DNA of 64,000 nucleotides from Candidatus Omnitrophota bacterium (GCA_043797125.1 JAZDPX010000038.1:68071-132070), one strand, 5' to 3'; shown: positions 19,401 through 28,626, numbered from the stretch's first letter. The notes: a model not told the origin generated them from the letters alone. A program made the numbers and translations.

Positions 19401-22400
19401 CAAGCGGTATCTATATCCTTGATTTTAATTTTTTCCGTATACAAATTTATTATATCAGTTAGCGATAGAGCATTTCCTTTAGCGTCGACGAATTCTCTGT
19501 CTGCGACTAAATGTGCGCCATCCGGCGTAACCCGATATCCCTCATTAGCGTTTATACCCGTCATTACAGGTTCTGCTGGGTCTGTAGAGTCTATATTATA
19601 CACGGTCAGCATCATGTCTTTATCTCTAACTATTAACCGGTTGCTTTTAGTCAGCAGTCCGTCTATGATGTCATCTGTTTTTATGCCGAAAGATTCTAAT
19701 TTTTTAAATACTGCATTTTCTTTATCCGTATCCGCATTGCCGTTGGTGTATTGGACTTCGCGTGACTCTGAAGAGGGAACTTCTTGGTGCTTATTTGTTA
19801 ATGTAGAAAGGTTGATTTTTTCTACCTTGCCATTGATTTCGCAGCTAAATGTGTCCTTTGACTTAAAAGCACAATTTATGGCTGATGCGGCAAATATCGG
19901 CTCATAGGGCTTGTCGCCTTTCAAATCATATACCAATTTATTAGGAGTGCCGCCATATTCTGCCCAAATATATCTCTCTTCTTTGTCGTATGGGTTATAA
20001 TGAATTATCTGTAGGTTCTTAGGAATTACTACACGGGTGTTATCGCGCAAATTATAAATAGTTGTGCTCGTTTGGGTCCATTGGGGATATGTACTTCGCA
20101 ATCCGAGATAATTTGCTTTAGGGCTGAAATAAAAATTGTTGGCTTTTTCAAAAGTTACAATTGGGTACTTTACAGAATCTCCTTCCTTGTGCAAATCAAG
20201 CACTGAAACTGTGCCGCGCTTTTCAAAGGCAATATACCTGTCGTCAAAAGTTTGCTCAAAATCATACAGGCCTGTTAGTTTGATTTTAAAAACAGACTTT
20301 TTAAGGTTCTTGAGGTTATATAACAACAGGTTGCAGTTATCCCCTATGGTCGGTGTCAGGAAAGCAATATTATTGCCTTCAGCAGGCAAAAGGCAGGTAT
20401 TTTTATATACCTTCTTGCGCATAATGAGGTTGTCTTGCGGATCAAAGACGTATGCCCAGCTCGAATTGGAAAACGCTACTTTGTAACCCGCATTGTTCGT
20501 TTTGATTTTCCTGCTTAAATCAATTATAGGAAAATCCTCTGCCCTAAGAGAATATTCCTTAAGCTGTAATAGCATTTTAACTGTTAAGTATTTTGGGCAC
20601 ACAGGCAAAGCAAGAGTATCCTTCCTTTTGCCTATCTTTATAGAAAATTCTCTGCTGTCATTACTGAAGCCAAAATCGCTTACTATTGGGTCGGCTTTAC
20701 TGTTTAGGCTTAACTGGAGATTGTAAACCTTTATCGGCTTGTCAGGCGTATCGCTAAGCAAATCATATAGCTCAACGCACCAGGGGCTTGGTTTAGCTGC
20801 GAAAAACTGGCTATTCTTGCTAATTTTTTCGCCGCAAGCTGTGCTTATGCCTTCAATTACTTTTTCGCCTGTTAATACATTCACTATAGTAACTATATTA
20901 TTAAAAGCTACATAGGGCGGATCAGCTTCAGCGACAACATGCAAAGAATCCGGGGTAAGCCAAAATTTGCTGTTGGCATTTATATTTATTGCAATCGGCT
21001 TATTGGGTTTTTTAGCTTTTAAATTATAGATAGAAATCTGTCCGTTCCCACCCCTCACTACGAGCCTGTCTGAGTTGGTCAATTTCCAGTCCTCTGCTTT
21101 AATGTTCTCAAAAGTTAGCTCATCTAACTCAAGCGAGGCATTAAGATCGAATATTTTTAGCTTAGATGCGGCGTCAGGGTCAAGCGTATTCTTTTCTTGC
21201 CAGGCGGCGTAATTATTTGTAATCTGCAGGCTGTCTTTCAAGTACCCATACGATCTATGAAGCATAGGATAACTATTGTGTAAATAGGGCCCTAAAATAT
21301 ATAAAGTGAAAGATCTGTTTTTCTGCTTTGTAATTATTATGGCTTGTTTTTTATCATTAAGGAATATAGTCTTTATAATCTCTTTTTTCTCTATGCCTTT
21401 TGCCGCTAAATCGAGTTTCTTAAATGTATTTTCATCCGTAGGCGCATTGTCGTTGGCGTAAGGGCTTTTGCGAATATTGATAGTTTTGTTAGTTTCTGTT
21501 ATCTCAAAAAACTCCGCGTTTATCAACAATATTATTTCTTTTACCTGTTTCTGAAGCTCTTTATTTCCTATAAGATTTGGCACGCACTGGCCTATTAATG
21601 TAAGCCTGTGCTCCTGATCGGAAAAACTATCTTTATCGTTTATATGATTAAAGAACTCTTCTATAACGAGCTCTGCCTTTTTATTGTCCTGCCTCAAAAC
21701 CTCTCTTGTGCTGGCATAAAGCAGGTTATACCATAACAATATGGCGGAGTTAATTAAAGAGTAGCGCGCGCCTGTCTGGCCTACCTGCGCGTGGTCAGAA
21801 ACGGTAATCTGATATTTTATTTTAAATTCTGCGCCATCTTGCGCCTTCAGAGCCAAGTGCCCGCCTTTTTTCCCTTGCCAATTCAGCTCATGCATAGCCA
21901 TAAAATACGCCAGGCCGCGGGCAACGCTTAAGTTTCTTGTCGTGCCATCGCCGAATTTCACCGTAAGCACGACGTCGTTTTTCAATATGTCGCTGTAATT
22001 ATTTACAAAATCCTTATGCACGCGAAAGGCAAACTTTTCTGTATCGTTTTTTTCGTTGTATTCATCCTTGCCTTGCGGCAGCAGCAGGACGGCAATGTTT
22101 ATCCTGTCCTCTGCGCCTATGTATTTATCGCTTCCTATCTCTACAACTATGTCCTTATCTTTAATAAAGCCGGATTTTCCCAAAGCCCTGTTTATAATGC
22201 TTTCCAGTGAACCGTCATCTAAAGGAATGCCTTTAACAATATTTACTTCTGCGCCGGGAGGCGCAAGAGTGAAATCCTCGATTAATGCTTTGCTTGCGGC
22301 TGTTTGCGACAAGCTTTGCGCTCTTAGCGCTGACGCGCTCGCAAAGTCGTGCGCCAAGGCAATAGAACTATTTGTCGCTAAAAACAAAATAGCAGTGCAT

Positions 22401-22447
22401 AAAGACACTGCTTTCACAAAAATGGTTTTTGCTGTTTTCATCTCCAA
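16442..22447 (-). CDS. Giant (2001 aa) exported multi-module beta-propeller protein with YANGN linkers
   Basis: Signal peptide (FLATNSSIALA) + SALRAQSL; internally duplicated propeller modules; five Y[AT][NS][GD]N[AP] linkers. Confidence 0.85.
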   Translation of the reverse strand: MEMKTAKTIFVKAVSLCTAILFLATNSSIALAHDFASASALRAQSLSQTAASKALIEDFTLAPPGAEVNIVKGIPLDDGSLESIINRALGKSGFIKDKDIVVEIGSDKYIGAEDRINIAVLLLPQGKDEYNEKNDTEKFAFRVHKDFVNNYSDILKNDVVLTVKFGDGTTRNLSVARGLAYFMAMHELNWQGKKGGHLALKAQDGAEFKIKYQITVSDHAQVGQTGARYSLINSAILLWYNLLYASTREVLRQDNKKAELVIEEFFNHINDKDSFSDQEHRLTLIGQCVPNLIGNKELQKQVKEIILLINAEFFEITETNKTINIRKSPYANDNAPTDENTFKKLDLAAKGIEKKEIIKTIFLNDKKQAIIITKQKNRSFTLYILGPYLHNSYPMLHRSYGYLKDSLQITNNYAAWQEKNTLDPDAASKLKIFDLNASLELDELTFENIKAEDWKLTNSDRLVVRGGNGQISIYNLKAKKPNKPIAININANSKFWLTPDSLHVVAEADPPYVAFNNIVTIVNVLTGEKVIEGISTACGEKISKNSQFFAAKPSPWCVELYDLLSDTPDKPIKVYNLQLSLNSKADPIVSDFGFSNDSREFSIKIGKRKDTLALPVCPKYLTVKMLLQLKEYSLRAEDFPIIDLSRKIKTNNAGYKVAFSNSSWAYVFDPQDNLIMRKKVYKNTCLLPAEGNNIAFLTPTIGDNCNLLLYNLKNLKKSVFKIKLTGLYDFEQTFDDRYIAFEKRGTVSVLDLHKEGDSVKYPIVTFEKANNFYFSPKANYLGLRSTYPQWTQTSTTIYNLRDNTRVVIPKNLQIIHYNPYDKEERYIWAEYGGTPNKLVYDLKGDKPYEPIFAASAINCAFKSKDTFSCEINGKVEKINLSTLTNKHQEVPSSESREVQYTNGNADTDKENAVFKKLESFGIKTDDIIDGLLTKSNRLIVRDKDMMLTVYNIDSTDPAEPVMTGINANEGYRVTPDGAHLVADREFVDAKGNALSLTDIINLYTEKIKIKDIDTACGVEISNNYRFVLAINNEFSAEIYDLWDKKPNEPIATYQIPEGDRENNEIKDCAFAPDSRSLTIKTTRGEENLSLSVTPKNVTAKMLSLLGEHNVFVKDIILTDKDGNDIVNEEGYRVVLVTHTFWGYKAFVFNPQEELILNKPIGRDDYIMPLEGNNIALVFMGITTITISLYNLKQPNKPISKMKIEHHSGYEKSSNNRYLAVWLDSKDPKKRRVILLDLSDKTHAEKPIKVFQGATCFGFSPEAEYLWAFIPEKDGVARGVTVIYDTELKSEVAQIQGKSKNIIFNKHNKRYFAIAYEIDYNLDYNHIGCRVYDMKSPNPSEPIFTHDTECFSFESKNTLTYVYNRQRTDVDLTKLNNTSASNQSHYANGNADTDKGEGNLPLSFGRRLQIILDKHKKEKLSSEVSSDEKYLIILNKDNTASVYRIADPDNPIKENLDATRGISFINNDTQVQAVDASGETTIIDLIGNAEVGTQPNYANGNALNDAKEQMFDKMPACVFIQDFKGIPKANINLAVSKNNKTIVLYTKKGILHPIIVYDSDYKVIKRITYSESGCVNGSISNLKISDDGSFIVWTNGANRLKFDKPLRVCDLRNPGQEPVSLGIAYGNDVCYWLTPKNQLIVFRSSEKPPLMATHFDLYHLDKNPGNPVKSKIPIPSHTAYDPDKLKVTILAGKTSDGVEMPLRILDINTGEVTEAPQKGYVHYASGNPKTDEDEPLPGGKDSENKLKEALSQAMNISAKLKPETPIDIMRALKDMRFDFKNQIVITMPDTYALLNPGLKEFAESVKGLKLENSQTSLFRFVVAVDSALPKDIMPKDFKDALTEERIIDKKIDIIDRMNIPNLFTTRLEGVSQIEKPAEASQKLYDLMVAAHFYETEKSVSERSLLLMFLNPMPADKIDETTKNTLSKLANAKQVRFFIPTVREEGQLFNVHDLFGNLPISVGSIETDLRAGIQFLPLPAIEADKVKDTEEFKRLMEEAIKWA

Positions 22448-22502
22448 TTCCCCTATTTAGACTTTTTTAAGATGTTTTTTGTATATTTAAAAAGGTATGA
22501 AT

Positions 22503-22530
22503 ATTATAGCAAAAAAAATGCTTAAGTCAA
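22503..22530 (-). promoter_or_regulatory. Sigma70-type promoter for the giant-protein operon
   Basis: TTGACT-N16-TATAAT with extended TG. Confidence 0.6.
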
Positions 22531-22582
22531 CGGTTTTTTTGAAAAAAGCAGTGTCATTCCCATCCCAGCGAAATAGGAATTT

Positions 22583-22641
22583 TGTCATCCCCGCGAAAGC
22601 GGGGATCCATTTTTTGGATTCCCACTTTCGTGGGAATGACA
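22583..22641. repeat. GTCATCCCCGCGAAAGCGGGGATCCA-type inverted REP doublet (dRS3-like)
   Basis: TGTCATCCCCGCGAAAGCGGGGATCCA...TGGATTCCCACTTTCGTGGGAATGACA. Confidence 0.8.
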
Positions 22642-22647
22642 GCTAAA

Positions 22648-22807
22648 AGCAAAGGCCTGTGGCAATTCGAGCAGGGCTTGCGAGGCCGAAGCGGGCATGG
22701 TTCGCCTTTGCTTCTATGTAGGCGAGAGCGAAGGCCGAGGTCAGAGCGAAAAAATCCTCGCAGGGGATTTTTTTGCGTCCCTGCGAGGATTGCCACAGGC
22801 CTTTGCT
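22648..22807. mobile_element. MITE-like element, 160 bp
   Basis: Perfect 19-bp terminal inverted repeats AGCAAAGGCCTGTGGCAAT / ATTGCCACAGGCCTTTGCT; no coding capacity. Confidence 0.6.
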
Positions 22808-22821
22808 AATTAGAATCGTAC

Positions 22822-24918
22822 TTACTTCACGAACGTGTAAGCCACCGTAAATGCCGCGAATGCCACCGAAACCATGGACATAAGCTTCAACAATATATTT
22901 AATGACGGGCCTGACGTATCTTTAAATGGGTCGCCTACAGTGTCACCGACAACAAGCGCTTTGTGCGACGGGCTGCCCTTTCCGCCTAATTCGCCGCCTT
23001 CAACATATTTTTTCGCGTTGTCCCAGCTTCCCCCGGCGTTTGCCATCATAATCGCGAGCACAAAACCGCTGACAAGCGAACCTGTTAAAAGCCCTACAAC
23101 AGCGTCAACACCTAAGAAAATTCCTGTTGCCAAAGGCGCAAGCACAGCAAGCAATGCCGGTAAAATCATTTCTTTCTGCGCCGCTGCCGTAACAATTGTC
23201 ACACACCTTTCGTAATCGGCTTGAGCCTTTCCTTCTAAAAGCCCTTTTATCTCTTTAAATTGCCTTCTTACCTCGATAACAATTTTTGTAGCTGCTTTTC
23301 CGACAGACTTTAGCGTCATGGAGCAGAATACAAAAGGAATTACTCCGCCGAGAAAAAGACCTATTAATAAAAGCGGATTAAGCAAACTCAAATTCGTTTC
23401 TTTGCCAAGCTGGCCTATGCTCTGGTTATAAGCGGCTATTAACGCAAGTGTTGTAAGCGCCGCTGAACCTATCGCGAAGCCTTTGCCTGTCGCTGCCGTT
23501 GTATTGCCAAGAGAATCTAAGGCATCTGTCCTTTTTCTTACTTCAGGCTCTAATTTTGCCATTTCAGCGTTGCCTCCGGCGTTATCAGCAACAGGGCCGT
23601 AGGCATCTGTCGCAAGAGTGATTCCAAGAGTAGAAAGCATGCCTACAGCTGAAATTCCGACGCCAAAAAGCCCTGCATTGTAATTTGCCGCTCCGCCCGC
23701 AATAAAAAACGCTCCGAATATAGCGGCGCACACAGCAACGACAGGTATTGCGGTTGAAAACATACCTGCCGCAAGGCCCGCAATTATTACCGTGGCAGGC
23801 CCTGTTACAGATGCTTCTGAAACTGCTCTTGTCGGGGCATAGTTTGATGATGTGTAATATTCCGACGCGAATGATATAATAAGTCCGCTTACCAGGCCGA
23901 ATGTTATTGCCCAGAATATCCCTATATTTTCCATTCCAAGCATCTTCCAAACAGCGAAAAAGCAGCCGATAACCACTAAAATCGATGCGGTTATTACGCC
24001 GCGCCTTAATGCCTTAAGAAGCTGGGCTTGAGTTGCCTCTTCTTTTACTTTTACAAAAAATGTCCCGATTACAGAACAAATGGTTCCTATAGCAGCGATA
24101 ACAAGCGGCAGCAAAATACCTTTTATGCCAAAGCCTGCCATTGCGCCAAGCGCAATGGCAGCTACTATTGAGCCGAGATACGATTCAAAAAGATCAGCCC
24201 CCATTCCCGCGACATCCCCGACATTGTCGCCGACATTATCAGCTATGACAGCCGGGTTTCTCGGGTCATCCTCCGGTATGTTGCTCTCTACTTTGCCGAC
24301 TAAGTCTGCGCCGACATCAGCTGCTTTTGTAAATATGCCTCCGCCAACTCTTGCGAAAAGCGCCATGGAACTTGCGCCCATGCCGAATAAAAGCATGTTG
24401 CTCGCTATTATAAGCGGCTCATCATAACCGGCCGGTATCGGGTTAACAGAATAATACCATTTAAGCAGAATATATCCGCAGGTTAAAAATAAAAGCCCTA
24501 CTCCGACCACGGTCAAACCCATAACAGCTCCCGATGAAAACGCTATTTGCAACCCGCCGTTTAAGTTCTTGCGGCACGCGTTTGCCGTGCGCGCGCTCGA
24601 TGCTGTGGCCATCTTCATTCCGATATAACCTGTCAGCGCTGAAAAAAATCCGCCGATTACAAAAGCAAAAGGCACAAATATCGGGAGCAGATTTTTAAAA
24701 GAAAGCGATAAAAATACAATAAAACCGATTACAAAAAATATACTGACTATTAAATACTGCCTCTTAAGAAACGCGTTGGCGCCTTTTCTTACGGCCGCCG
24801 CTATCTCCTTCATTCTTTCCGTGCCCTCATCCTTGCGAAGCACGTTAACAGCTAAATATACGGAAAATAAAAGCGTAAAAATCGAAACAGCGATCAAAAT
24901 ATACGGAATGCTAACCAT
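22822..24918 (-). CDS. hppA: Membrane-bound pyrophosphatase, K+-dependent, probably Na+-translocating
   Basis: [35 protein letters not shown] (Ala marks K+ dependence), DLFESY. Confidence 0.96.
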   Translation of the reverse strand: MVSIPYILIAVSIFTLLFSVYLAVNVLRKDEGTERMKEIAAAVRKGANAFLKRQYLIVSIFFVIGFIVFLSLSFKNLLPIFVPFAFVIGGFFSALTGYIGMKMATASSARTANACRKNLNGGLQIAFSSGAVMGLTVVGVGLLFLTCGYILLKWYYSVNPIPAGYDEPLIIASNMLLFGMGASSMALFARVGGGIFTKAADVGADLVGKVESNIPEDDPRNPAVIADNVGDNVGDVAGMGADLFESYLGSIVAAIALGAMAGFGIKGILLPLVIAAIGTICSVIGTFFVKVKEEATQAQLLKALRRGVITASILVVIGCFFAVWKMLGMENIGIFWAITFGLVSGLIISFASEYYTSSNYAPTRAVSEASVTGPATVIIAGLAAGMFSTAIPVVAVCAAIFGAFFIAGGAANYNAGLFGVGISAVGMLSTLGITLATDAYGPVADNAGGNAEMAKLEPEVRKRTDALDSLGNTTAATGKGFAIGSAALTTLALIAAYNQSIGQLGKETNLSLLNPLLLIGLFLGGVIPFVFCSMTLKSVGKAATKIVIEVRRQFKEIKGLLEGKAQADYERCVTIVTAAAQKEMILPALLAVLAPLATGIFLGVDAVVGLLTGSLVSGFVLAIMMANAGGSWDNAKKYVEGGELGGKGSPSHKALVVGDTVGDPFKDTSGPSLNILLKLMSMVSVAFAAFTVAYTFVK

Positions 24919-24954
24919 TTAGCTGCTCCTTTCATAAAAATAAATTTATTTATT

Positions 24955-26049
24955 TTATATCAATGATAACAATTTGTCAATCTCTATGTGTTTGCGCGCG
25001 AGGCGCAGGATTATATCTATCTTATCCTTGTCCTGCGGCCGTATCTTGACGATCATGCTGTCTATTCTTTTCACGGCCTCATAGGTGCTTTGCTCAACAA
25101 CTATCGCGGGTATCTGGTTGCGCTCAAGCGCCTTTCTAAGCGAATATCCTGGGGAAATCCCGCAGGTAAACACAAAGCCGCACAATAAATCGGTTACTTT
25201 TGCGCGGCGCCTTGATTCGTTAAGCAAATATTTTATAAGCTCGTCCCTGTCGCCTGAAACAACCACAAGAAGTTTTTCATTAAAGCTTCGCAGCGTAACC
25301 TGGGGCCTTGCCGTGGCAACCACAATGTGGTTGATTATTTTATTTATGTTTGTTTTACTTCCGCTTATAAACTTTGCTTTAAATTCATCCTGCATATGCG
25401 CCATGGTAGGCATATCCAGTATCCTGAGATACGGCATAACGCCAAGCACATCGAGCGAGTGCTGTTTTAGGCTTTCCCGCACGAGTTCGTTCACCTTTTC
25501 GTATTTATCAGCCTTTACCTTGTTTATTATTACGCCGGCAATTTCAACGCCCTTTGATTTAAAAAGCGGAACCGAAAGCATAATCTCGTCAATAGGCCTG
25601 CCGATACCGCCTTCCGAAATTATAACCACTTTGGCGCCGAGCATGCTGGCTACATCGGCGTTGCACATATCAAACACAGAGCCTACCCCCGCGTGGCCTG
25701 TGCCTTCAATTACAACCATATCATTATCCTGAGCTATTTTTTCAAACGAATCCATAATCTGTTTTTGCAAAGGCCTTCTATCGGGATTTTTAATATATTT
25801 GCGCGTAAAATCTTTTTCTATCGCTATTGGGCTCATGTCCTTTAAACTTGCCTTTATGCCGAAAATTTCCTCTATAAGATAGGAATCTTCGTCGATATTA
25901 TAGCCCTGCTCTACTAAATAACGCTGGCCTATGGGTTTTATAAAACCTATTTTTTCAAAACGTTCTTTGAAAGCTGCCATAAGGCCCAGGGAAACTGTGG
26001 TCTTTCCGTCGTTTTGCCTTGTTGCAGCTATAAATACTTTTTTAGCCAT
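24955..26049 (-). CDS. AAA_26/BioD-like + DRTGG domain protein (phosphotransacetylase N-terminal-like)
   Basis: ATRQNDGKTT, FIKPIG, IEGTGH, INKV, SGDRDE. Confidence 0.85.
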   Translation of the reverse strand: MAKKVFIAATRQNDGKTTVSLGLMAAFKERFEKIGFIKPIGQRYLVEQGYNIDEDSYLIEEIFGIKASLKDMSPIAIEKDFTRKYIKNPDRRPLQKQIMDSFEKIAQDNDMVVIEGTGHAGVGSVFDMCNADVASMLGAKVVIISEGGIGRPIDEIMLSVPLFKSKGVEIAGVIINKVKADKYEKVNELVRESLKQHSLDVLGVMPYLRILDMPTMAHMQDEFKAKFISGSKTNINKIINHIVVATARPQVTLRSFNEKLLVVVSGDRDELIKYLLNESRRRAKVTDLLCGFVFTCGISPGYSLRKALERNQIPAIVVEQSTYEAVKRIDSMIVKIRPQDKDKIDIILRLARKHIEIDKLLSLI

Positions 26050-26866
26050 TGAGTTTTCCCGCTCTAAAAGCCTTGATATAGTTCATGCAATAAGAATCTT
26101 CGCCGAGAAGGGCCTTTTGCGCTATTTTGAAAATTTCATCGGCAAGCGCGTGCTTTTTTATCACTTTATTAGTGAGTTCCTCTGTAGGATCTATTATCGC
26201 CGCGTCTATGCCCGCTTCTATCGCCAAAGATAAAAACGCCGCGTTTAATACACGCCTCTGGGGCAGGCCGTATGAGACATTGCTCAAGCCCCCTATTGTC
26301 TTTATGCCGTCTTTTTTAAGCGCCCTGACTGTTTTTAAAAATTCATTGGCCTGGTCAGGCTCGCTGCTAATCGGTTTTACCAAAGGGTCTATGTATATAT
26401 TATCAGGGGTTATCCCGGCATTTTTTAATGAATCTACCAGGCGCCTGGCAATTCTAAGGCGCTCTGAAGAATTATGCGGCATGCCTTTATCATCCATTGT
26501 GAGCGCGACAACAAAACAATCAATATTTTTTAATATCGAAGAGATATGTTTAAACTTATCGCTCTCAGCTGTTATTGAATTAATAAAGGGTTTACCCTTG
26601 TGAACCTTCAGCGCCCGGGAAATGACCTGCGCGTCAGGGCTGTCTATGCTTATCGGCATGCCAAGTTTTGACTGCAAAAGCTCCATTAACCAGATCAGGT
26701 CTTCGGATTCTTTTTCTAACCTTACCGCGCAATTTATATCTATAAAATCTGCTCCGGACTTAATCTGAGATGAAGCTTCATTGATTAAAAAGGATGAGTC
26801 TCTAGTAGATATGGCTTGCGCGATGGGCTTTCTTGAGCTGTTTATTCTTTCCCCGATTATGAGCAT
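26042..26866 (-). CDS. acsE: Methyltetrahydrofolate:corrinoid/iron-sulfur protein methyltransferase
   Basis: IIGERIN, ISIDS, FINSI, IDPLV, GLSNVSYGLP, AAIIDP; near the WLP methyl-branch genes. Confidence 0.88.
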   Translation of the reverse strand: MLIIGERINSSRKPIAQAISTRDSSFLINEASSQIKSGADFIDINCAVRLEKESEDLIWLMELLQSKLGMPISIDSPDAQVISRALKVHKGKPFINSITAESDKFKHISSILKNIDCFVVALTMDDKGMPHNSSERLRIARRLVDSLKNAGITPDNIYIDPLVKPISSEPDQANEFLKTVRALKKDGIKTIGGLSNVSYGLPQRRVLNAAFLSLAIEAGIDAAIIDPTEELTNKVIKKHALADEIFKIAQKALLGEDSYCMNYIKAFRAGKLNG

Positions 26867-27792
26867 TGGCTTTTATCATAACTGGATTCTATGGTCTTCA
26901 CTAAAGCAAAAAGCATGTCATTCACAGGCGTCTTTATGCCGAGGCTTCTTGCGTGGCGAGATATAGCCCCGTTAATAGAATCTATCTCTGTCGGCCTTTT
27001 ATTAAGCACGTCCTGCAGCATGCTGCAAATATTTGAGCCTGTCGCAGCGCAAATTGATTCCGCCTTCTGCAACGGATCGTCATAGGCTAGTTTTGTGCCT
27101 TTGCGTTTTGCGACCTTGGCTGCCTCTGCCACAGAAAGCCGCAGCATTTCTTTTGTGCCGTCGTATTTTATAAGATCGCTGTTACAAAGCCTGGTTATTG
27201 CCCCAAGCGCGTTTATGCCGGCGTTAATCACAAGCTTGCTCCATATAACAGATTTAATATCCTTGGACATCTTGGTCTTTATCTTGGCCTCATTAAAAAT
27301 ACCGGCAATGGCTCTGACATCACCGAAAATTTTGCCATCCGATGCGCCTATCGTTGTTTCTTCGCTGCCGCAGTGTTTTATATGGCCTTCCTTAAACATA
27401 GTGGCAGCTTGCAAGCTAACCCCGCCAAGGGCCCTTTCTTCGCCAACTACCTCGTTTATCATTTCGAGGTTTCCCACGCCGTTTTGAATGGTTAGAACCT
27501 TGGTCTCTTTGCCTAAAAGCGGATTTATCTGTTTAATTGCTGACTCCGTATCATAGGACTTTACCGCTATTATCACAAGGTCTGCATTTGCGATTTCCTG
27601 GGCATCGGCAGTAACTTTTATCTTGGCTGTAAAATTAGATATGCCCTCAACTTTAATTCCATTTGCATTCAACCTCTTTGCCCTCTGCTCATTTTTATCC
27701 AAAATCCAGACCTCTTTTACGGATTTTGCGCGGCTTAATAATGCCGCAAATAAACAACCTATTGCGCCAGGGCCGACTATTACGATTTTCAT
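26857..27792 (-). CDS. panE: 2-dehydropantoate 2-reductase
   Basis: GPGAIG, VKSY, IQNG, WSKLVINAGIN, SMLQD, TEIDSING. Confidence 0.95.
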   Translation of the reverse strand: MKIVIVGPGAIGCLFAALLSRAKSVKEVWILDKNEQRAKRLNANGIKVEGISNFTAKIKVTADAQEIANADLVIIAVKSYDTESAIKQINPLLGKETKVLTIQNGVGNLEMINEVVGEERALGGVSLQAATMFKEGHIKHCGSEETTIGASDGKIFGDVRAIAGIFNEAKIKTKMSKDIKSVIWSKLVINAGINALGAITRLCNSDLIKYDGTKEMLRLSVAEAAKVAKRKGTKLAYDDPLQKAESICAATGSNICSMLQDVLNKRPTEIDSINGAISRHARSLGIKTPVNDMLFALVKTIESSYDKSQCS

Positions 27793-28626
27793 TTAAAGTC
27801 CCTCAAGTTCTTTTTCATCAACACTAAAACTATGTTCCTCGCCCGGAAATCTCCTCGCCTCCACATCATCCTTATATTGCCTTACCGCCTTTTCCATCTG
27901 CGCTAAAAGGTCAACATACCTTTTAGCGAATTTCGGGGTGAATTTTTTATATAATCCCAATATATCATGCGTGACAAGGACCTGGCCATCGCAATTTATT
28001 CCCGCTCCGATTCCAATGGTAGGTATTTTCAATTTAGAAGTTATAATTTTAGACAGCTTATCAGGTATGCACTCAAGTATCACGGCGAAACAACCTGCGT
28101 TCTCAAGCGCGACAGCGTCTTCTACAATTTTTTTAGCTGAAATTGAGGTCTTTCCCTGAACTTTAAAGCCGCCCAATTTTGTGGCGCTTTGCGGCGTAAG
28201 GCCTATATGCCCTAAACAAGGTATACCTGCGTTTATAATTGCTTTAATCTTTTCTATTGCCTCAATTCCGCCTTCAACCTTTACGGCGTCGCAACCGCCG
28301 TCTTTTATAAACCTGCCTGCGTTTTTTATTGCCTGCTCAACGCTTGCCTGATAGGACATAAACGGCATATCCCCGATTAAGAAAGCGTATTCTGTCGCCC
28401 TTGCAACAGCCTTAGAATGATGGATCATTTCTCTCATAGTCACAGGCAATGTATCTTTGTAGCCAAGCACGACCATCCCAACCGAATCTCCAACCAATAT
28501 AATATCAATACCTGCCTCGTCAATCACGGATGCCAAAGGAAAATCATACGCAGTAAGCATTGTAATGGGCGAGCCTTGCTTTTTCTTATTCTGAATATCT
28601 GTTATTGTAATCTTTTTTCTTTCCAT
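27793..28626 (-). CDS. panB: 3-methyl-2-oxobutanoate hydroxymethyltransferase
   Basis: MLTAYD, LVGDS, GDMPF, VKVEGG, GHIGLTPQ, GIGAG. Confidence 0.98.
   Translation of the reverse strand: MERKKITITDIQNKKKQGSPITMLTAYDFPLASVIDEAGIDIILVGDSVGMVVLGYKDTLPVTMREMIHHSKAVARATEYAFLIGDMPFMSYQASVEQAIKNAGRFIKDGGCDAVKVEGGIEAIEKIKAIINAGIPCLGHIGLTPQSATKLGGFKVQGKTSISAKKIVEDAVALENAGCFAVILECIPDKLSKIITSKLKIPTIGIGAGINCDGQVLVTHDILGLYKKFTPKFAKRYVDLLAQMEKAVRQYKDDVEARRFPGEEHSFSVDEKELEGL

Noticed and set aside
16442-22447. Diversity-generating retroelement target/template pair in the giant gene
   Set aside because: No reverse transcriptase and no roughly 100-nt repeat pair with adenine-specific mismatches was seen; the shared DNA repeat is only 27 nt and identical
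22554-22809. ORFs 22554..22796 (-) and 22582..22809 (+)
   Set aside because: They are read-throughs of REP/MITE palindromes (VIPTKVGIQ, MDPRFRGDD), not genes
26042-26866. Second dihydropteroate synthase or MetH fragment
   Set aside because: The pterin-binding barrel has AcsE-type motifs (IIGERIN, GLSNVSYGLP) and WLP context; the true folP is at 7869..8711
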